NCBI GenBank assembly: GCA_051362555.1
Contig: CM120641.1
Coordinates: forward strand, 26,108,401-26,172,400
Direction: 5' to 3'
Length of the DNA: 64,000 nt
Origin: Lingula anatina
Lineage: Eukaryota; Animalia; Brachiopoda
Shown: positions 63,088-64,000 of the stretch, piece after piece
Layout of the letters: each line of letters starts with the position of its first letter
Numbering within the stretch: position 1 is the stretch's first letter
The notes under the pieces: generated by a model
What the model was told of the DNA's origin: nothing
Databases searched by the model: none
What the model saw: the letters and a program-made list of their open reading frames with translations, nothing else
Made by a program: the position numbers and the translations under genes

Positions 63088-64000
63088 CTAGAAAGCAGAG
63101 AATCATTATTGTCATGTTACCAAATCAATAATATTTCAATGACCAACCTTGATTCAAGTATCATGTTATCAAATTAAATATGTCAACAATAATTAGTCAT
63201 GTTGCAGTGTTTTTTGTTATGTTTTAAAATCATCTACTTTTTGGTAAAGTGAAGAATATAATGGTTAATAGTAAAAGCACACCCTTCAAGAATAATTTGG
63301 ATCATTCTGAAATGATATGATAGAACAAAAAAAGTGCAAAGAATATATTGTGTTATCAAACTATGATCATTTCATTTATAAAAATATCACCAAATTTTGT
63401 CAAATGGAGGCATAAATGAAACTGATAAAACAGCTCTCTGGGATAAATTCTGCTCTGAAGTCAATTTTAGTATATTATAATATATTGACATTTCTACAAT
63501 AAATGATATTTGAAAACAAAATGACCTCTGCATAAGCTGACATTTAACCACTGCTAAAAAAATCAATACCCTTTTAATCTTAGATTAATAATGATTTCAT
63601 ATAAAATGTGCAATGCACAAAAATGGAAATGGTTATTTGTATAGTCTGGTTATGATCTTGTTCAGAAACCACCTTTTAAATAACAACAAACTGACAAAAA
63701 ATAAATAAATAAAATAAAATGATAATAATAATTAAAAAAAAATGCTTGAGATAAAGCAATGGTTTAGCAATCAAAGGAGTATAATTTCCAGAGATGTTAT
63801 TGCTTTAAAACCTACAATTAATTATAAATAATGTGAGGTAATGAATTCACTTTATTGCCATTAACTGCTGAATCAGCCAATATATTTTAACAAGATGGTT
63901 GCTACCAATCATGATCTGGTGATATAACTAACATGTTAATGACAAGTTCAATCAAATCTCCATGGCAATCGCATAGTTGAAAATGTCAGAAATTTAATAT

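Overview
AT-rich, intron-containing eukaryotic DNA from an invertebrate animal, probably a lophotrochozoan or mollusc-like species (inferred from gene and repeat types). It is not prokaryotic, and most short ORFs in the track are noise. I assembled the gene models by hand from GT-AG exons. In order they are: an LRRC74A-like LRR/EF-hand gene (-); an intronless orphan ORF (+); two tandemly duplicated secreted single-VWA genes (-); a second intronless orphan ORF (+); an ionotropic glutamate receptor/IR gene lacking the amino-terminal domain (-); MRPL48 (-) head-to-head with MEA1 (+); and the 3' part of a PP2A B56 gamma/delta gene (PPP2R5C/D, -) tail-to-tail with MEA1. The most striking system is in PPP2R5: three tandem homologous copies of the 'VAERAL...HWNK' exon whose phases force mutually exclusive splicing. 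They are flanked by intronic complementary elements and a candidate structure-masked microexon plus hydrophobic terminal exon. Other highlights are the MEA1-PPP2R5 linkage shared with mammals, a microsatellite that frameshifts the receptor's signal-peptide exon, and diverging cationic tails on the VWA pair.
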